From Thermodesulfobacteriota bacterium (GTDB lineage Bacteria > Desulfobacterota > WTBG01 > JAGOGO01), in contig CP113000.1 of the NCBI GenBank assembly GCA_026625185.1, positions 2,043,124-2,107,123 on the forward strand: a stretch of DNA of 64,000 nucleotides, written 5' to 3'. A program made the position numbers and the translations under genes. This document shows, piece after piece, positions 1 through 10,066 of the stretch; the stretch's first letter is position 1, and each line of letters opens with the position of its first letter. The notes under the pieces are model-generated. The model ran no database searches, was not told where the DNA came from, and worked only from the letters and a program-made list of their open reading frames with translations.

Positions 1-1
1 G

Positions 2-487
2 GTTACCCATGTGAAACACAATGTTTTAGATTATTCCAGTGGAACTAACACCTTCGAAAAAAAAGTTTTAAAATATGATTATAATGCCTTTAATACGAAT
101 TTTCAGTTAGGATTTATGCCCGAAGGATTTATCGTTCCCTATGCGGGGATATTTGGAGAATTTGTGTATAATCCTGATCTCCCGAAAAGCAATATGGGAT
201 GGCTTCTGGGCGCAAAATTTGGCGTTGAAAAAGTATCAGATAAAGGTCAGTGGCAGTTGCAATATAATTATCGTCGCCTGGGTAGAGACGCGGTTCTCGA
301 TATTTTGCCGGATTCTGATTTCTACGGCGGTGCTAAGGATGTTAGAGGCCATGAGGGGATATTCGAATACGGAATTTATAAAAATGTGAGTGTAGCACTG
401 GATTGTTACAATGCGCGAAGGCTCCATCAGCAGGAGACCAATAAAAAGGAGCGCCTTTTACAGCTTGATTGGAACCTGAAATTTTAG
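2..487 (+). CDS. Outer-membrane beta-barrel porin, C-terminal part. The gene starts upstream of the window. Possibly a phosphate-selective OprO/P-like porin.
   Basis: The ORF is open to the 5' edge of the window. It has a Tyr/Gly/Asn-rich alternating pattern and ends ...DWNLKF with a terminal Phe, as in OM beta-barrels. It lies immediately upstream of pstS. Confidence 0.4.
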   Translation, partial: VTHVKHNVLDYSSGTNTFEKKVLKYDYNAFNTNFQLGFMPEGFIVPYAGIFGEFVYNPDLPKSNMGWLLGAKFGVEKVSDKGQWQLQYNYRRLGRDAVLDILPDSDFYGGAKDVRGHEGIFEYGIYKNVSVALDCYNARRLHQQETNKKERLLQLDWNLKF

Positions 488-548
488 TTAAAATAAATAA
501 TAAAGAGAAAAACAAAAAACACCTTGATATCAAAATGGAGGGAACAAG

Positions 549-1397
549 ATGAAGCAGGCTATAACAATCTTTATTAAAAAATTCACAAAAATAGCTTTGG
601 TTTTACCGGTGCTCTTAGTAATAAGTATAAGTCTGCAGGAAGGGGCTTTGGCGAAGGATATTACGATAAAAGGCTCTACCACCGTTTTGCCCATAGCCCA
701 GATTACTGCCGAAGTTTTTATGGAGCGACATCCGGATGTCAAAATTTCCGTTCAGGGTGGCGGATCAGGAATAGGAATTGCCGGGATCATTGACGGAACC
801 TGCGATATTGGCGATTCTTCCCGCTCCATGAAAGAGCAAGAGCTAAGCAATGCGGTCAGCAAAAACGTCAACCCTAAGGCCAATTTAGTTGCCATGGACG
901 GCCTTGCGGTGGTTGTTCACCCGTCTAACAAACTTACCGGCCTCACCAAAAATCAGGTCAAAGATATTTATATTGGCAAAATTTCGGACTGGTCGGCATT
1001 AGGCGGTGGAACACAAAAGATAGTGGTTATCTCCCGCGATTCCGCCAGCGGTACCTTTGAATCGTTTGGAGAAATGGCTTTGGATAAACAAAAGGTTAGA
1101 CCAGATGCATTAATGCAGGCATCGAATCAGGCGGTTGCTTCTACCGTGGCAAAGACTCCGGGCGCAATTGGGTATGTGGGATTAGGGTACCTTTCTTCGC
1201 GAGTCAAAGCGTTAGCTCTTAATGGAGTCATGCCCTCAAGGGAAACTGTTCTTAATAACAAATATAAATTAGCCCGCCCTCTCTTTATGTACACCAATGG
1301 TTCACCGCAAGGGGTGGTAAAAGACTTTTTAGATTTTGTTTTAAGCGCCGAAGGCCAAAGGTTGGTTGAGGAAACAGGTTTTGTTGTCCTAAAATAA
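549..1397 (+). CDS. pstS: Phosphate ABC transporter substrate-binding protein PstS
   Basis: N-terminal signal or lipoprotein-like segment. PstS-family motifs: KGSTTVLPIAQ, SVQGGGSGIGI, GAIGYVGLGY. RBS GGAGGGAACAAG precedes the ATG. It is followed by pstCAB-phoU. Confidence 0.85.
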   Translation: MKQAITIFIKKFTKIALVLPVLLVISISLQEGALAKDITIKGSTTVLPIAQITAEVFMERHPDVKISVQGGGSGIGIAGIIDGTCDIGDSSRSMKEQELSNAVSKNVNPKANLVAMDGLAVVVHPSNKLTGLTKNQVKDIYIGKISDWSALGGGTQKIVVISRDSASGTFESFGEMALDKQKVRPDALMQASNQAVASTVAKTPGAIGYVGLGYLSSRVKALALNGVMPSRETVLNNKYKLARPLFMYTNGSPQGVVKDFLDFVLSAEGQRLVEETGFVVLK

Positions 1398-1427
1398 TTG
1401 TTTCATCCTTTATCCTCCTTAGTAAAA

Positions 1428-1470
1428 GCGGCAGGTCTTCCTGCCACATTTACTAAATATTTTTAAGCAA
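1428..1470 (+). terminator. Hairpin (GGCAGG-tctt-CCTGCC) followed by a T-rich tract after pstS
   Basis: Inverted repeat read directly in the sequence. Only moderately T-rich downstream. Confidence 0.35.
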
Positions 1471-1759
1471 CGTAAGGATGCTGGTTTTTTTATTCTTTTG
1501 TAACGTGAACTATGCTATAAAAAAGCTCTGGGAAAAAAATTAATAAAGATATCTTCGGAATCTTAGTTTTTTTCTCCTTATTGTTTGTGGTGATGAAGGG
1601 CATTATCTAAAGAGAAAAGCAAGCTGGAATTACCTCAGTGTTCTCTCAAAAGGTGGGTAGTAATGTTATGGGGTGTGAGTGGAACGAAAGAAGCCATCTA
1701 ACATCTTCGGTAAAGGGAGTTTTAAAAAATATTAACGACTTAATGAAAGGAGTAATCCA

Positions 1760-2065
1760 ATGCCGATTAAACCGACTGAAAAAGAAGAAGAGTATTTTGC
1801 GAGAATGGAATTAGAAAAACTGAAAAGGATTGAGTTGGAAAAACATAAAGCGCTTAAGGAGGAAGAAAAGCGAAGGCTTAAAGAACTCCATTTTATGAGA
1901 TGTCCGAAGTGCGGTATGGAGATTATCGAGGTCGATTATAAGGGGTTAAAAGTGGATAAATGTTCAGAATGTGACGGCGTCTGGCTCGACGCAGGAGAAC
2001 TTGAGGAAGTTGCGAAAATGGACAAATCGGGCATCGACAAACTTTTCAGTATTTTTGTCAAATAA
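1760..2065 (+). CDS. TFIIB-type zinc-ribbon domain protein (zf-TFIIB family)
   Basis: CPKCG...x17...CSECDGVWLDAGELE is a classic bacterial zf-TFIIB pattern. It has a charged coiled-coil N-terminus. RBS AAAGGAG is 7 nt before the ATG. Confidence 0.6.
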   Translation: MPIKPTEKEEEYFARMELEKLKRIELEKHKALKEEEKRRLKELHFMRCPKCGMEIIEVDYKGLKVDKCSECDGVWLDAGELEEVAKMDKSGIDKLFSIFVK

Positions 2066-2314
2066 CGGATAGTGAAGAAACTGTCACGAAAATACACAGG
2101 AAGCAGACCGGGTGTGATGAGAGGTGCGTTCATTTCATCGATCTCTTTTTTCACACTACTATCGCGGTCCGAATCCGGAATGTCGCTTGTTTTTTGAAGT
2201 AACAATTGTTCCCCTGACAGCAGAATATTGCAGAAATCTTGTCCGAACTGAAAACCTCTTTGTAGGGAATTTCCGGTGCTTGCTTTTTCTCTTGAGCCCG
2301 CTTAGGGAGAGGTT

Positions 2315-2770
2315 ATGAGCAGACCCCCACGACATCCCCAAGAAAGCATCTTTGCCCACGGACTGGGAGCTCATGTCCTGTGGGTTGGTCTTTTGATGGG
2401 CAGGATCGTTCTTTTTGTTCAATCCTGGTCACTTCAGACCCGTCATGCGCATGGGCAAACAATGGCGTTTACGGTGCGTTGCCTTACCCAGCTTGGAAAT
2501 GTCCTTGCCATAGGATCAGAGAAAGAATCATTATTCAAAATGGGAGAATGCTCCAATAAATACCTTCTAGGAGCAGTTTTATTTACCTTTACCCTTCAGA
2601 TGGCGACGGTCTACGTGCCAGCCTTAAATCCGATTTTTAAGACGAAACCGTTGCCCTTCAATGAATTGACTTTTACGCTTGCATTGTCATCCCTAGTGTT
2701 TTTTGCGGTAGAAATTGAGAAATTCATGCGACGGCAAAAAAAGGCGTACCATGATGCTTCGCTGGCCTGA
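2315..2770 (+). pseudogene. C-terminal ~150-aa remnant of a cation-transporting P-type ATPase. It is truncated at the N-terminus, where roughly 700 aa are missing.
   Basis: The translation PPRHPQESIFAHGLGAHVLWVGLLMG ... TMAFTVRCLTQLGNVLAIGSEKESLFKMG..NKYLLGAVLFTFTLQMATVYVPALNPIFKTKPL matches the conserved TM7-TM10 C-terminal domain of P-type (Ca/Mg-type) ATPases. No upstream ATPase sequence is present in any frame. Confidence 0.65.
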
Positions 2771-2806
2771 ATTGATACTATTCACAAATAAATCAATAAC
2801 TCTTTT

Positions 2807-3691
2807 TTGATTATGTTAAGGGAAAAACTTTACAAATTTATTTTCGGGATATTAGCTTTTTCCTCCTTACTGTTTTTAGTGGGGATTATGGTCATCCTTT
2901 TTACCGAAGGGTTGCCGATTTTTCATGCGACGGGAGTGGGGACTTTTATTTTTGGGAAGTCTTGGTATCCCACCTATGATCCCCCGGATTTTGGTATCTT
3001 GCCTTTAATGTTAGCTTCCTTCTGGGTAACCCTGGGAGCGTTGCTGGTAGGCGTGCCTTTGGGAGTGGGAAGCGCGCTTTTTATCAATGAATTGGCCGGG
3101 TCCAAAATAAAAACCATTTTAAAACCGCTGATTGAAATTCTGGCGGCTATTCCGTCAATTGTCTTCGGTTTTTTTGGCATGGTCCTTGTCGCTCCCTTCT
3201 TACAAAATCTTCTGGGTATTCCTACCGGTCTTTGTGCGTTTACCGGGAGTTTGATCCTGGGCATTATGGCTATCCCTACTATTTGCAGTATCGCAGAGGA
3301 TGCTTTGAGCTTTGTGCCCAAAAGCTTTCGGGAGGCGTCTCTGGCCTTGGGGGCAAACCGTTGGCAGACTTTGGTTAAGGTGGTGATCCCGGCGGCGGGA
3401 TCAGGCATCTCGACCGCGATTATACTGGGAATGAGCCGGGCAGTCGGCGAGACTATGACTGTTCTGATGGTTACCGGCGGGGCGGCTGTGATTCCTCATT
3501 CCTTTTTTGAGCCGGTGAGACCTATGACCGCTACCATCGCGGCGGAGATGGGAGAAGCAGTGATGGGAGGCGCCCATTACCACGCTTTGTTTGCCATTGG
3601 CCTTATCCTGTTTGTCATTACGTTTGTCTTTAATGTTGTTGCTGAAATGGTCAGTCGAAGATTTAGGATAAAACTGGGACTAAGTGGATGA
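2807..3691 (+). CDS. pstC: Phosphate ABC transporter permease PstC
   Basis: Polytopic protein with the ABC permease EAA-like motif ([13 protein letters not shown]). Stop and start overlap with pstA. Confidence 0.85.
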   Translation: MIMLREKLYKFIFGILAFSSLLFLVGIMVILFTEGLPIFHATGVGTFIFGKSWYPTYDPPDFGILPLMLASFWVTLGALLVGVPLGVGSALFINELAGSKIKTILKPLIEILAAIPSIVFGFFGMVLVAPFLQNLLGIPTGLCAFTGSLILGIMAIPTICSIAEDALSFVPKSFREASLALGANRWQTLVKVVIPAAGSGISTAIILGMSRAVGETMTVLMVTGGAAVIPHSFFEPVRPMTATIAAEMGEAVMGGAHYHALFAIGLILFVITFVFNVVAEMVSRRFRIKLGLSG

Positions 3692-4539
3692 AAAATAAAT
3701 CCACGCAGCATCTGGGGTTTTTGCTTTTATGGGTAGCAATCCTCCCTACTTTATTTTTCCTGGGAACCATTATTTATTTTGTTGGTGTTGAGGGGGTCGG
3801 CGTAATCTCCTGGGAGTTTTTGACCGAGGTGCCGCGAAGAGGGATGACCGAAGGAGGCGTTGCCCCGGCAATTGTGGGAACATTGTATTTAACCATGGGA
3901 GCCATTTTATTTTCCCTTCCGCTCGGGTTAGCGTGTGCAATCTATCTTTGTGAATACAGCCCGAAAAGCTATGTGGTAAATATCATTCGTATGAGCATCA
4001 ATAATTTAGCGGGTGTTCCCTCAGTGGTTTTCGGACTTTTCGGCTTGGGGATATTTGTCAAGTTTTTTGGCTTTGGTGTTTCCATCCTTTCCGGAAGCCT
4101 TACCCTCGGGATCATGGTTTTACCGCAAATTATCTCGGCCTCCCAGGAAGCGCTCATCGCAGTCCCGCAATCTTACCGGGAAGCTTCTCTTGCACTCGGA
4201 GCCACCCATTGGCAGACGATAAGGAAAATGGTCCTGCCCTCTGCTTTACCGGGGATCCTGACCGGAGTAATTTTAAGTATTGGCAGGGCAGCAGGTGAGA
4301 CCGCTCCGATTCTTTTTACCGCAGCAACCTTTTATACCCGAGGATATCCCGGCTCGATTTTCTCGGAGGTGATGGCGTTGCCGTATCATATTTATGCTCT
4401 TATGACCGAAGGGACTCATCCTGAAAAACAAACCGCGATTGCCTACGGGTGCGCTTTGATTCTTATGGTGTTGGTTTTATTGATGTCGGCATTGGCAATT
4501 TTCGTTCGACAGCGGCAGAGGAGCTTTTATGGAAAATAG
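3688..4539 (+). CDS. pstA: Phosphate ABC transporter permease PstA
   Basis: Second permease with [13 protein letters not shown]. Translationally coupled to pstC and pstB. Confidence 0.85.
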   Translation: MKNKSTQHLGFLLLWVAILPTLFFLGTIIYFVGVEGVGVISWEFLTEVPRRGMTEGGVAPAIVGTLYLTMGAILFSLPLGLACAIYLCEYSPKSYVVNIIRMSINNLAGVPSVVFGLFGLGIFVKFFGFGVSILSGSLTLGIMVLPQIISASQEALIAVPQSYREASLALGATHWQTIRKMVLPSALPGILTGVILSIGRAAGETAPILFTAATFYTRGYPGSIFSEVMALPYHIYALMTEGTHPEKQTAIAYGCALILMVLVLLMSALAIFVRQRQRSFYGK

Positions 4540-5290
4540 TATCGAAATCAAAGCCGAAGAAATTAATTTCTATTACGGGACTAAGCAGGCGCTCAAAAAT
4601 ATCCATTTAGTAATTTATGAAAAACAGGTAACCGCGCTTATCGGTCCTTCAGGATGTGGAAAATCCACCTTCATTCGATTGTTAAATCGGATGAACGACC
4701 TTATCCCGCACACCCGGGTAGAAGGGAAAATCTATTTTGAAGGACAAAACATCTTTGAAGAAAATGTTGATGTCGTGAGTCTTCGAAGACGAGTGGGCAT
4801 GGTTTTTCAAAAACCAAACCCCTTTCCCAAGACGATTTTTGAGAATGTGAGTTACGGACTGGAAGTCAATGGGATAAAGGACAAAAAATTCATCGAAGAG
4901 AAAGTAATCGAATCGCTCAACCAGGCAGCGCTATGGAAAGAGGTAAAAGACCGTCTCCATGACAGCGCTTTGGGACTTTCCGGGGGGCAGCAACAACGGC
5001 TTTGCATTGCCCGTTGTTTGGCGGTTGAGCCTCACGTGATTTTATTTGACGAACCATGCGCAAGCTTAGATCCGATTTCGACTCGAAGCATTGAAGAACT
5101 TATCTTGGAATTAAAAAAATACTATACGATTGTAATTGTAACCCACAACATGCAGCAGGCAGCACGCATTTCTGATTTTACCGCTTTTCTTTATTTGGGC
5201 GAGTTAATCGAATTCGGTCTTACCGAAAAATTATTTACGGTTCCCAAACAAAAAATGACCGAAGAATATTTAACCGGAAAATTTGGATAA
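4529..5290 (+). CDS. pstB: Phosphate ABC transporter ATP-binding protein PstB
   Basis: Walker [13 protein letters not shown] signature LSGGQQQRL, Walker B ILFDEP. Confidence 0.9.
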   Translation: MENSIEIKAEEINFYYGTKQALKNIHLVIYEKQVTALIGPSGCGKSTFIRLLNRMNDLIPHTRVEGKIYFEGQNIFEENVDVVSLRRRVGMVFQKPNPFPKTIFENVSYGLEVNGIKDKKFIEEKVIESLNQAALWKEVKDRLHDSALGLSGGQQQRLCIARCLAVEPHVILFDEPCASLDPISTRSIEELILELKKYYTIVIVTHNMQQAARISDFTAFLYLGELIEFGLTEKLFTVPKQKMTEEYLTGKFG

Positions 5291-5304
5291 GGGAAGGAGA
5301 AACC

Positions 5305-5967
5305 ATGTTAGAAGAAGAAAAAGTTGCTCTTTTAAAGCGTGAACTTATCGAGTATGCTGCGCTGGTGGAAGCAATGATTGAGAAAAGCATAAAAGGGCTT
5401 GTCAATAAAGAGAGAGATGTGCTGATCGAAGTAATCGAAAAAGATGAGCCAAAGTCAAATAATTTTGAAATAAAGCTCGATGAACTGTGCACCGTGGTCA
5501 TCGCCCAGTACCAGCCAAAGGGCAAAGGGTTGCGGACGGTTCTTATGATACTAAAGATCAATAACGACTTGGAAAGAATGGCAGATCACTCGGTGAATAT
5601 CGCGGAGACGGCCCTTACGTTAATCGAAGTGCCGCCCATGGCTGATTATGTTAAGGACGTTTTAAAAATGGCGGAAATTTCTCGTGGCATGCTGAAGGAT
5701 AGCATTGACTCATTTGTTCATGAAGATTCCGCTTTAGCCAAGGATGTTTGTAAAAGAGACGACGTGGTTGATGATTTAAGAAGGGGTAACCGAAGGGAGA
5801 TAATCGGGTCGATGTGTGCTGACTGTTCCAAAATGGAAGCAGGGTTGGATGTTTTGCGAATCGCACGGAATTTAGAGCGGATTGCTGATTTGTCGACGAA
5901 CATCGGCGAGGATGTTATTTTTATGATTGAGGGAAAAGTAATAAAACACAAAATTGATAAGATGTAA
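5305..5967 (+). CDS. phoU: Phosphate signalling regulator PhoU
   Basis: Two PhoU repeats (DLERMADHSVNIAE and NLERIADLSTNIGEDV). Position after pstB. Confidence 0.85.
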   Translation: MLEEEKVALLKRELIEYAALVEAMIEKSIKGLVNKERDVLIEVIEKDEPKSNNFEIKLDELCTVVIAQYQPKGKGLRTVLMILKINNDLERMADHSVNIAETALTLIEVPPMADYVKDVLKMAEISRGMLKDSIDSFVHEDSALAKDVCKRDDVVDDLRRGNRREIIGSMCADCSKMEAGLDVLRIARNLERIADLSTNIGEDVIFMIEGKVIKHKIDKM

Positions 5968-5997
5968 TGCAAGAAATATACGTTGGGACAGATTTCC

Positions 5998-6025
5998 GTA
6001 GGGGCACGTTGCAACGTGCCCCTAC
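5998..6025. terminator. Perfect 28-bp palindrome GTAGGGGCACGTTGCAACGTGCCCCTAC between convergent phoU (+) and the YkgJ-like gene (-). Bidirectional terminator.
   Basis: Read directly in the sequence. GC-rich 12-bp stem. Confidence 0.6.
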
Positions 6026-6028
6026 CAT

Positions 6029-6403
6029 CTACGGTCTTATGCCGGGACATTCATTAACGAGTTCATCCTTGTACTTTTTGAAATATTCCCAAAATGGAAA
6101 GGTCCGGCACTGATGCGGCCTCACCGGATAGATTGAACAGCATTTTTGGCGGTGGTCGAAAAAAACACACTCCATGCCGTGTTCTCCAACTCGTTCTTTA
6201 ATGGAGAGACGGTTGTTAATGCGATTGAGATAAAGAGGGGTGAAATCAATGGGGTTGGTTTGCAGAAACCGGCACATGCTGAGAATATCTTCGTGGTTAA
6301 CCCAAATATTACCGGACTCACCACGGCAGCAATTGCCGGGACAACTCTTACAGGCATTGGGGTCAAAACCAAAATCAAATCCATCTTTTCTTATGATGTG
6401 CAT
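6029..6403 (-). CDS. YkgJ/UPF0153 family Fe-S or Zn cluster protein (CxxCxxCC motif)
   Basis: CKSCPGNCCRG plus CCSIYPVRPHQCRTFPFW matches the Cys arrangement of the YkgJ/FliB-like family. Confidence 0.55.
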   Translation of the reverse strand: MHIIRKDGFDFGFDPNACKSCPGNCCRGESGNIWVNHEDILSMCRFLQTNPIDFTPLYLNRINNRLSIKERVGEHGMECVFFDHRQKCCSIYPVRPHQCRTFPFWEYFKKYKDELVNECPGIRP

Positions 6404-7282
6404 GGGCGAGATTTGGTCTTTTTGTGTTCATGATTAAATAGTCGCGATGCTTTTGGAAACTGGTACCCAACGTTGAAATCAACGACGGCTGTAAGCCATC
6501 TGCTTATTTGTTTGTTATGCCATTATTGGTGCGCTACCGGACGGAGTTCGTAAATTCGCCCATATTTCCCCGCCGACTCCAAATCCCCCTGTCGCAGAGC
6601 ACTTCCCGTGCGCTCAGTCCATCCTCGGCTAACTCGTCATATCAGCGCTCAGATATCCTAACATCTCCGGTGCGTATCAGAGAACACCCTTTCTCGACAA
6701 ACTCACTCAAGCCTCATTCTCCATTTTGCTCAGCAGGTTTTTCATGGCATAAAAATGATTGATCCCTATAAGACCCAAATGCGTTATCCAATCCCTATAA
6801 GAAACCTAAAAACACTTTAAAATTTATCCGTAATGCTTTATAATTATAATCTATTTAAAATATACTCATTTTTGCCGAGGTATTATGCGGATCGGGATAA
6901 CCTCACCTTATCATAATTTTTAGATCGTATCAATTGGCCAAAAAATTCCACCCGGACCACGATTAAGGACATGGGTTTAAATCATTGTCGTATTCAAAAC
7001 AAAAAAGACCGCTCACCTTTATTTTCGGTGATTCGGCCGTTTTTTTATTAATCTTAAAAACCCATCCAATTAAAGCTACTCTTTTCATTTATCCCAATTA
7101 TCTTTATGTGTGTTTGATATTATTTTTTTAATTCTAACCGGATGAGAAGTCAATAAAAAAACTAAAAAATTATGTAGTTATATTAAATCGATAAAATTAT
7201 ATTGATAAATAATCCTCTCATCGAGTTTGCTTAAAGATTGGTTGAGAATTTGGCTGTGGTTTGGTATAATATTTGCTGAAAT

Positions 7283-7440
7283 TAACGGCTTCGTAAAAAG
7301 TCCATATGCGGCGTTGCGCTGCATCCTCAGTCATTGCGGCGTAGAAGTAAAGTACGCCTCATTCTGTCGGATTTGCGTGCCTTGCATCTGAAGCTTTTTA
7401 CTGTGCCGTCTGATTTTTGACCTTTTACGGCTTCAACAAA
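7283..7440 (+). repeat. Interspersed intergenic repeat, family 1, copy 1. About 160 bp, 70 nt upstream of hypF.
   Basis: Shares ACGGCTTCGTAAAAAGTYCATMTGCGGCGTTSCGCTGCATCC ... GCGGCGTASARGTAAGTAMGCCTCATTCYGTCGGATTTGCGYGCCTTGCATCTGAAGCTTTTTACTGTGC(C)GTCTGATTTTTGAC with 33276..33536. An extended -10 (TGGTATAAT) lies just 5' of it. Confidence 0.5.
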
Positions 7441-7511
7441 GTTGTTGTTATTTTGTTTCCTTGTAAAAAATCGCAGAACATCATTAAAAATAGATTTGGA
7501 ATGTTACGATT

Positions 7512-9833
7512 ATGACTTTGATAAAGGATGCTTCACTCCCCATTGAACCAATAAAGCGGGCAAAGATTAGTGTGCGGGGAATTGTTCAGGGGGTGGGGTT
7601 TCGACCTTTTGTTTACCAGCTCGCCTCTAAACACGGTCTGAAAGGATGGGTGTGTAATACTTCTGGTGATGTAAAAATTGAAGTGGAAGGTTCGACTGAT
7701 TCTCTTCAATTATTTTTGGAGCAGCTTAAAACCAAGGCGCCGCCGCTCGCTCTGATTGAAGAAGTAAATCAACTTTATTTACCGCCCGATGGTTATCAGC
7801 GTTTTGAAATCCGAGAGAGCAATCCGGAAAAAGGTAAATACCAGCGCATTTCGCCGGATATCGCCACGTGCCCCTTGTGCCTGCAAGAAATACTAGACAA
7901 AAACGACCGGAGGTATAGCTATCCCTTTACCAACTGTACCAACTGTGGTCCCCGGTTTACTATTATCCAAGATATTCCTTATGATCGACCGGAGACTACG
8001 ATGCGAACATTTAAAATGTGCCCGGAATGTCAAAAGGAGTATGACAATCCTGTTGACCGGCGCTTTCACGCGCAACCCAATTGCTGTCCCACCTGCGGTC
8101 CGAAACTTGCAATCATTGATCAGGCCGGAAAGATGATTGCTTCTCAGGATCCGGTTCGTGATGTTTGCGTTTTACTGAAGCAGGGGAAGGTGCTTGCTTT
8201 AAAGGGGTTGGGCGGTTTTTTGCTGGCGTGTGACGCCACGAACGAACCGGCGGTAATCACTTTAAGACAAAGGAAAAAAAGACCCTTTAAACCTTTTGGG
8301 GTCATGATGGCTTCGCTTGAGGAGGTAAAGAAGTGTTGTTTGGTATCACCGGAGGAGGAGAAGCTTCTTTGCTCCACGAAAGCGCCCATCGTTTTGTTAA
8401 AACTTAAAAATAAAAGCGTGATCGCATCGTCAGTAGCTCCAAACCTAAACTACTTAGGCGTGATGCTACCGTACACGCCCCTTCATCATTTAGTGATGCA
8501 CGGGGTTTCATTGCCCCTGGTGATGACGAGCGGCAATCTTAGCGAGGAACCGATCGCCAAGGATAATGAGGAAGCGTTAAGGAGGCTGTCAGGAATTGCC
8601 GATTATTTTATTGTGCATAACCGGGATATTCATGTCCAGTTTGATGATAGTGTGACGATGGTCGAAAATAATAAACTCCAGGTCTTACGGCGAGCGCGAA
8701 GCTATGCTCCGGATCCGATCCGACTCCCTTTTCATGCTCAAGAAGTCTTAGCGTGCGGAGCGGAACTTAAAAATACTTTCTGTATCACCAAGGACGAGTA
8801 CGCTTTTATAAGCCAGCACATCGGCGACCTGGATAACCTTGAAACCTTTGGTCAATTTGAAATGGTGTTGGATCATTATAAAAAGCTTTTTCGATTAAAC
8901 CCCCGGATCATCGTCTGTGATCAACACCCCGATTATCTTTCCAGCCGGTATGCGCAAAAGCTTAAAACCGCGAATGATGATCTCAACCTAATTTCCGTCC
9001 AGCATCATCATGCTCACATTGTAAGCTGTGTTACTGAAAATAAAGTCGCGCCGCCGGTTTTAGGCGTTGCGTTTGATGGCACCGGGTACGGCGAAGATGG
9101 ATGCATCTGGGGAGGAGAGTTCCTTGTGGTTGATTATGGCAAATTTCAACGGCTCGGACACCTGGAATATATACCAATGCCGGGAGGGGAGAAGGCGATT
9201 AAAAAACCTTTTCGTATGGCCATAAGTTATCTTGCACAGCTCTCAGGCACACAAACCTTAAACCGACGGCTCGCATTTCTTAAAACCGTGGAGGAGAGGG
9301 AGTTGGAACTTATCAAAAAACAAATCGAAAAAGGAATCAACACCCCTTTAACCTCAAGTTGCGGTCGTTTGTTCGACGGCGTATCAGCTTTATTAAATAT
9401 CCGGAATGAGGTTGACTATGAAGGTCAAGCTGCGATAGAATTGGAAATGATTGCCGGTGAGGGGAAAGATACGGGGAAGAGATATCCTTTTGAAATTGGC
9501 GAAGAGAACGGAATAAAAATTGTGCGGCTTCAGAAACTTTTTGCGGCAATTCTTGAAGACGTTGATCATGGCGTTACTAAAACCGAGATATCGTCTTGCT
9601 TCCATCATTCAGTCGCCCACATGGTTGGCCGCATGTGCCAAAACCTTGCTCGAGATACAGGTATAAAAAAAATAGCGTTAAGTGGAGGGGTATTTCAAAA
9701 CCGACTACTTCTCAGGCTGACCTCTTTTTATCTTAAAAAAGCAGGGTTAAAAGTCATTATCCACCGGGAAGTCCCCACCAATGACGGGGGAATTTCCTTG
9801 GGCCAAGCAGTGATTGGTAATTTTATTGCTTAA
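7512..9833 (+). CDS. hypF: [NiFe]-hydrogenase maturation carbamoyltransferase HypF
   Basis: Acylphosphatase N-terminus (VRGIVQGVGFRPFVY), two CxxC-x18-CxxC zinc-finger pairs, a YrdC-like domain and a Kae1/HypF C-terminal domain. 773 aa. Confidence 0.9.
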   Translation: MTLIKDASLPIEPIKRAKISVRGIVQGVGFRPFVYQLASKHGLKGWVCNTSGDVKIEVEGSTDSLQLFLEQLKTKAPPLALIEEVNQLYLPPDGYQRFEIRESNPEKGKYQRISPDIATCPLCLQEILDKNDRRYSYPFTNCTNCGPRFTIIQDIPYDRPETTMRTFKMCPECQKEYDNPVDRRFHAQPNCCPTCGPKLAIIDQAGKMIASQDPVRDVCVLLKQGKVLALKGLGGFLLACDATNEPAVITLRQRKKRPFKPFGVMMASLEEVKKCCLVSPEEEKLLCSTKAPIVLLKLKNKSVIASSVAPNLNYLGVMLPYTPLHHLVMHGVSLPLVMTSGNLSEEPIAKDNEEALRRLSGIADYFIVHNRDIHVQFDDSVTMVENNKLQVLRRARSYAPDPIRLPFHAQEVLACGAELKNTFCITKDEYAFISQHIGDLDNLETFGQFEMVLDHYKKLFRLNPRIIVCDQHPDYLSSRYAQKLKTANDDLNLISVQHHHAHIVSCVTENKVAPPVLGVAFDGTGYGEDGCIWGGEFLVVDYGKFQRLGHLEYIPMPGGEKAIKKPFRMAISYLAQLSGTQTLNRRLAFLKTVEERELELIKKQIEKGINTPLTSSCGRLFDGVSALLNIRNEVDYEGQAAIELEMIAGEGKDTGKRYPFEIGEENGIKIVRLQKLFAAILEDVDHGVTKTEISSCFHHSVAHMVGRMCQNLARDTGIKKIALSGGVFQNRLLLRLTSFYLKKAGLKVIIHREVPTNDGGISLGQAVIGNFIA

Positions 9834-9853
9834 CAAAAGAAGGATTTCAGGTC

Positions 9854-10066
9854 ATGTGTCTTGCAGTTCCATCCCAGGTTAAGTCAATTGAGGGACCGTA
9901 CGCTGAGGTAGAAATTGGCGGCGTCTCCCGGAATGTGAGCATTATTCTCACTCCGGATGTTAAGGTTGGGGACTATATTTTGGTACATACCGGATATGCC
10001 ATTGGAGTGGTAGATGAGGACGAAGCTCAAGCAACGATAAAGCTGTTTAATGAATTAAGCGGATAA
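9854..10066 (+). CDS. hypC: Hydrogenase maturation factor HypC
   Basis: Starts MCLAVP, the conserved Cys2 HypC signature. 70 aa. Confidence 0.85.
   Translation: MCLAVPSQVKSIEGPYAEVEIGGVSRNVSIILTPDVKVGDYILVHTGYAIGVVDEDEAQATIKLFNELSG

Noticed and set aside
6520-6575. Possible tmRNA or tRNA-like 3' domain (GGACGGAGTTCGTAAATTCGCCC...CCCCGCCGACTCCA)
   Set aside because: There is no proper T-arm (GTTCGAATC), no acceptor-stem partner with a GGGG 5' end within the expected distance, and no tag-peptide reading frame ending in ..ALAA.
6508-6762. 84-aa plus-strand ORF in the GC-rich intergenic island
   Set aside because: Low-complexity Ser/Pro/Arg-rich translation, no RBS, no family resemblance. Kept only as a possible ncRNA or remnant in the findings.
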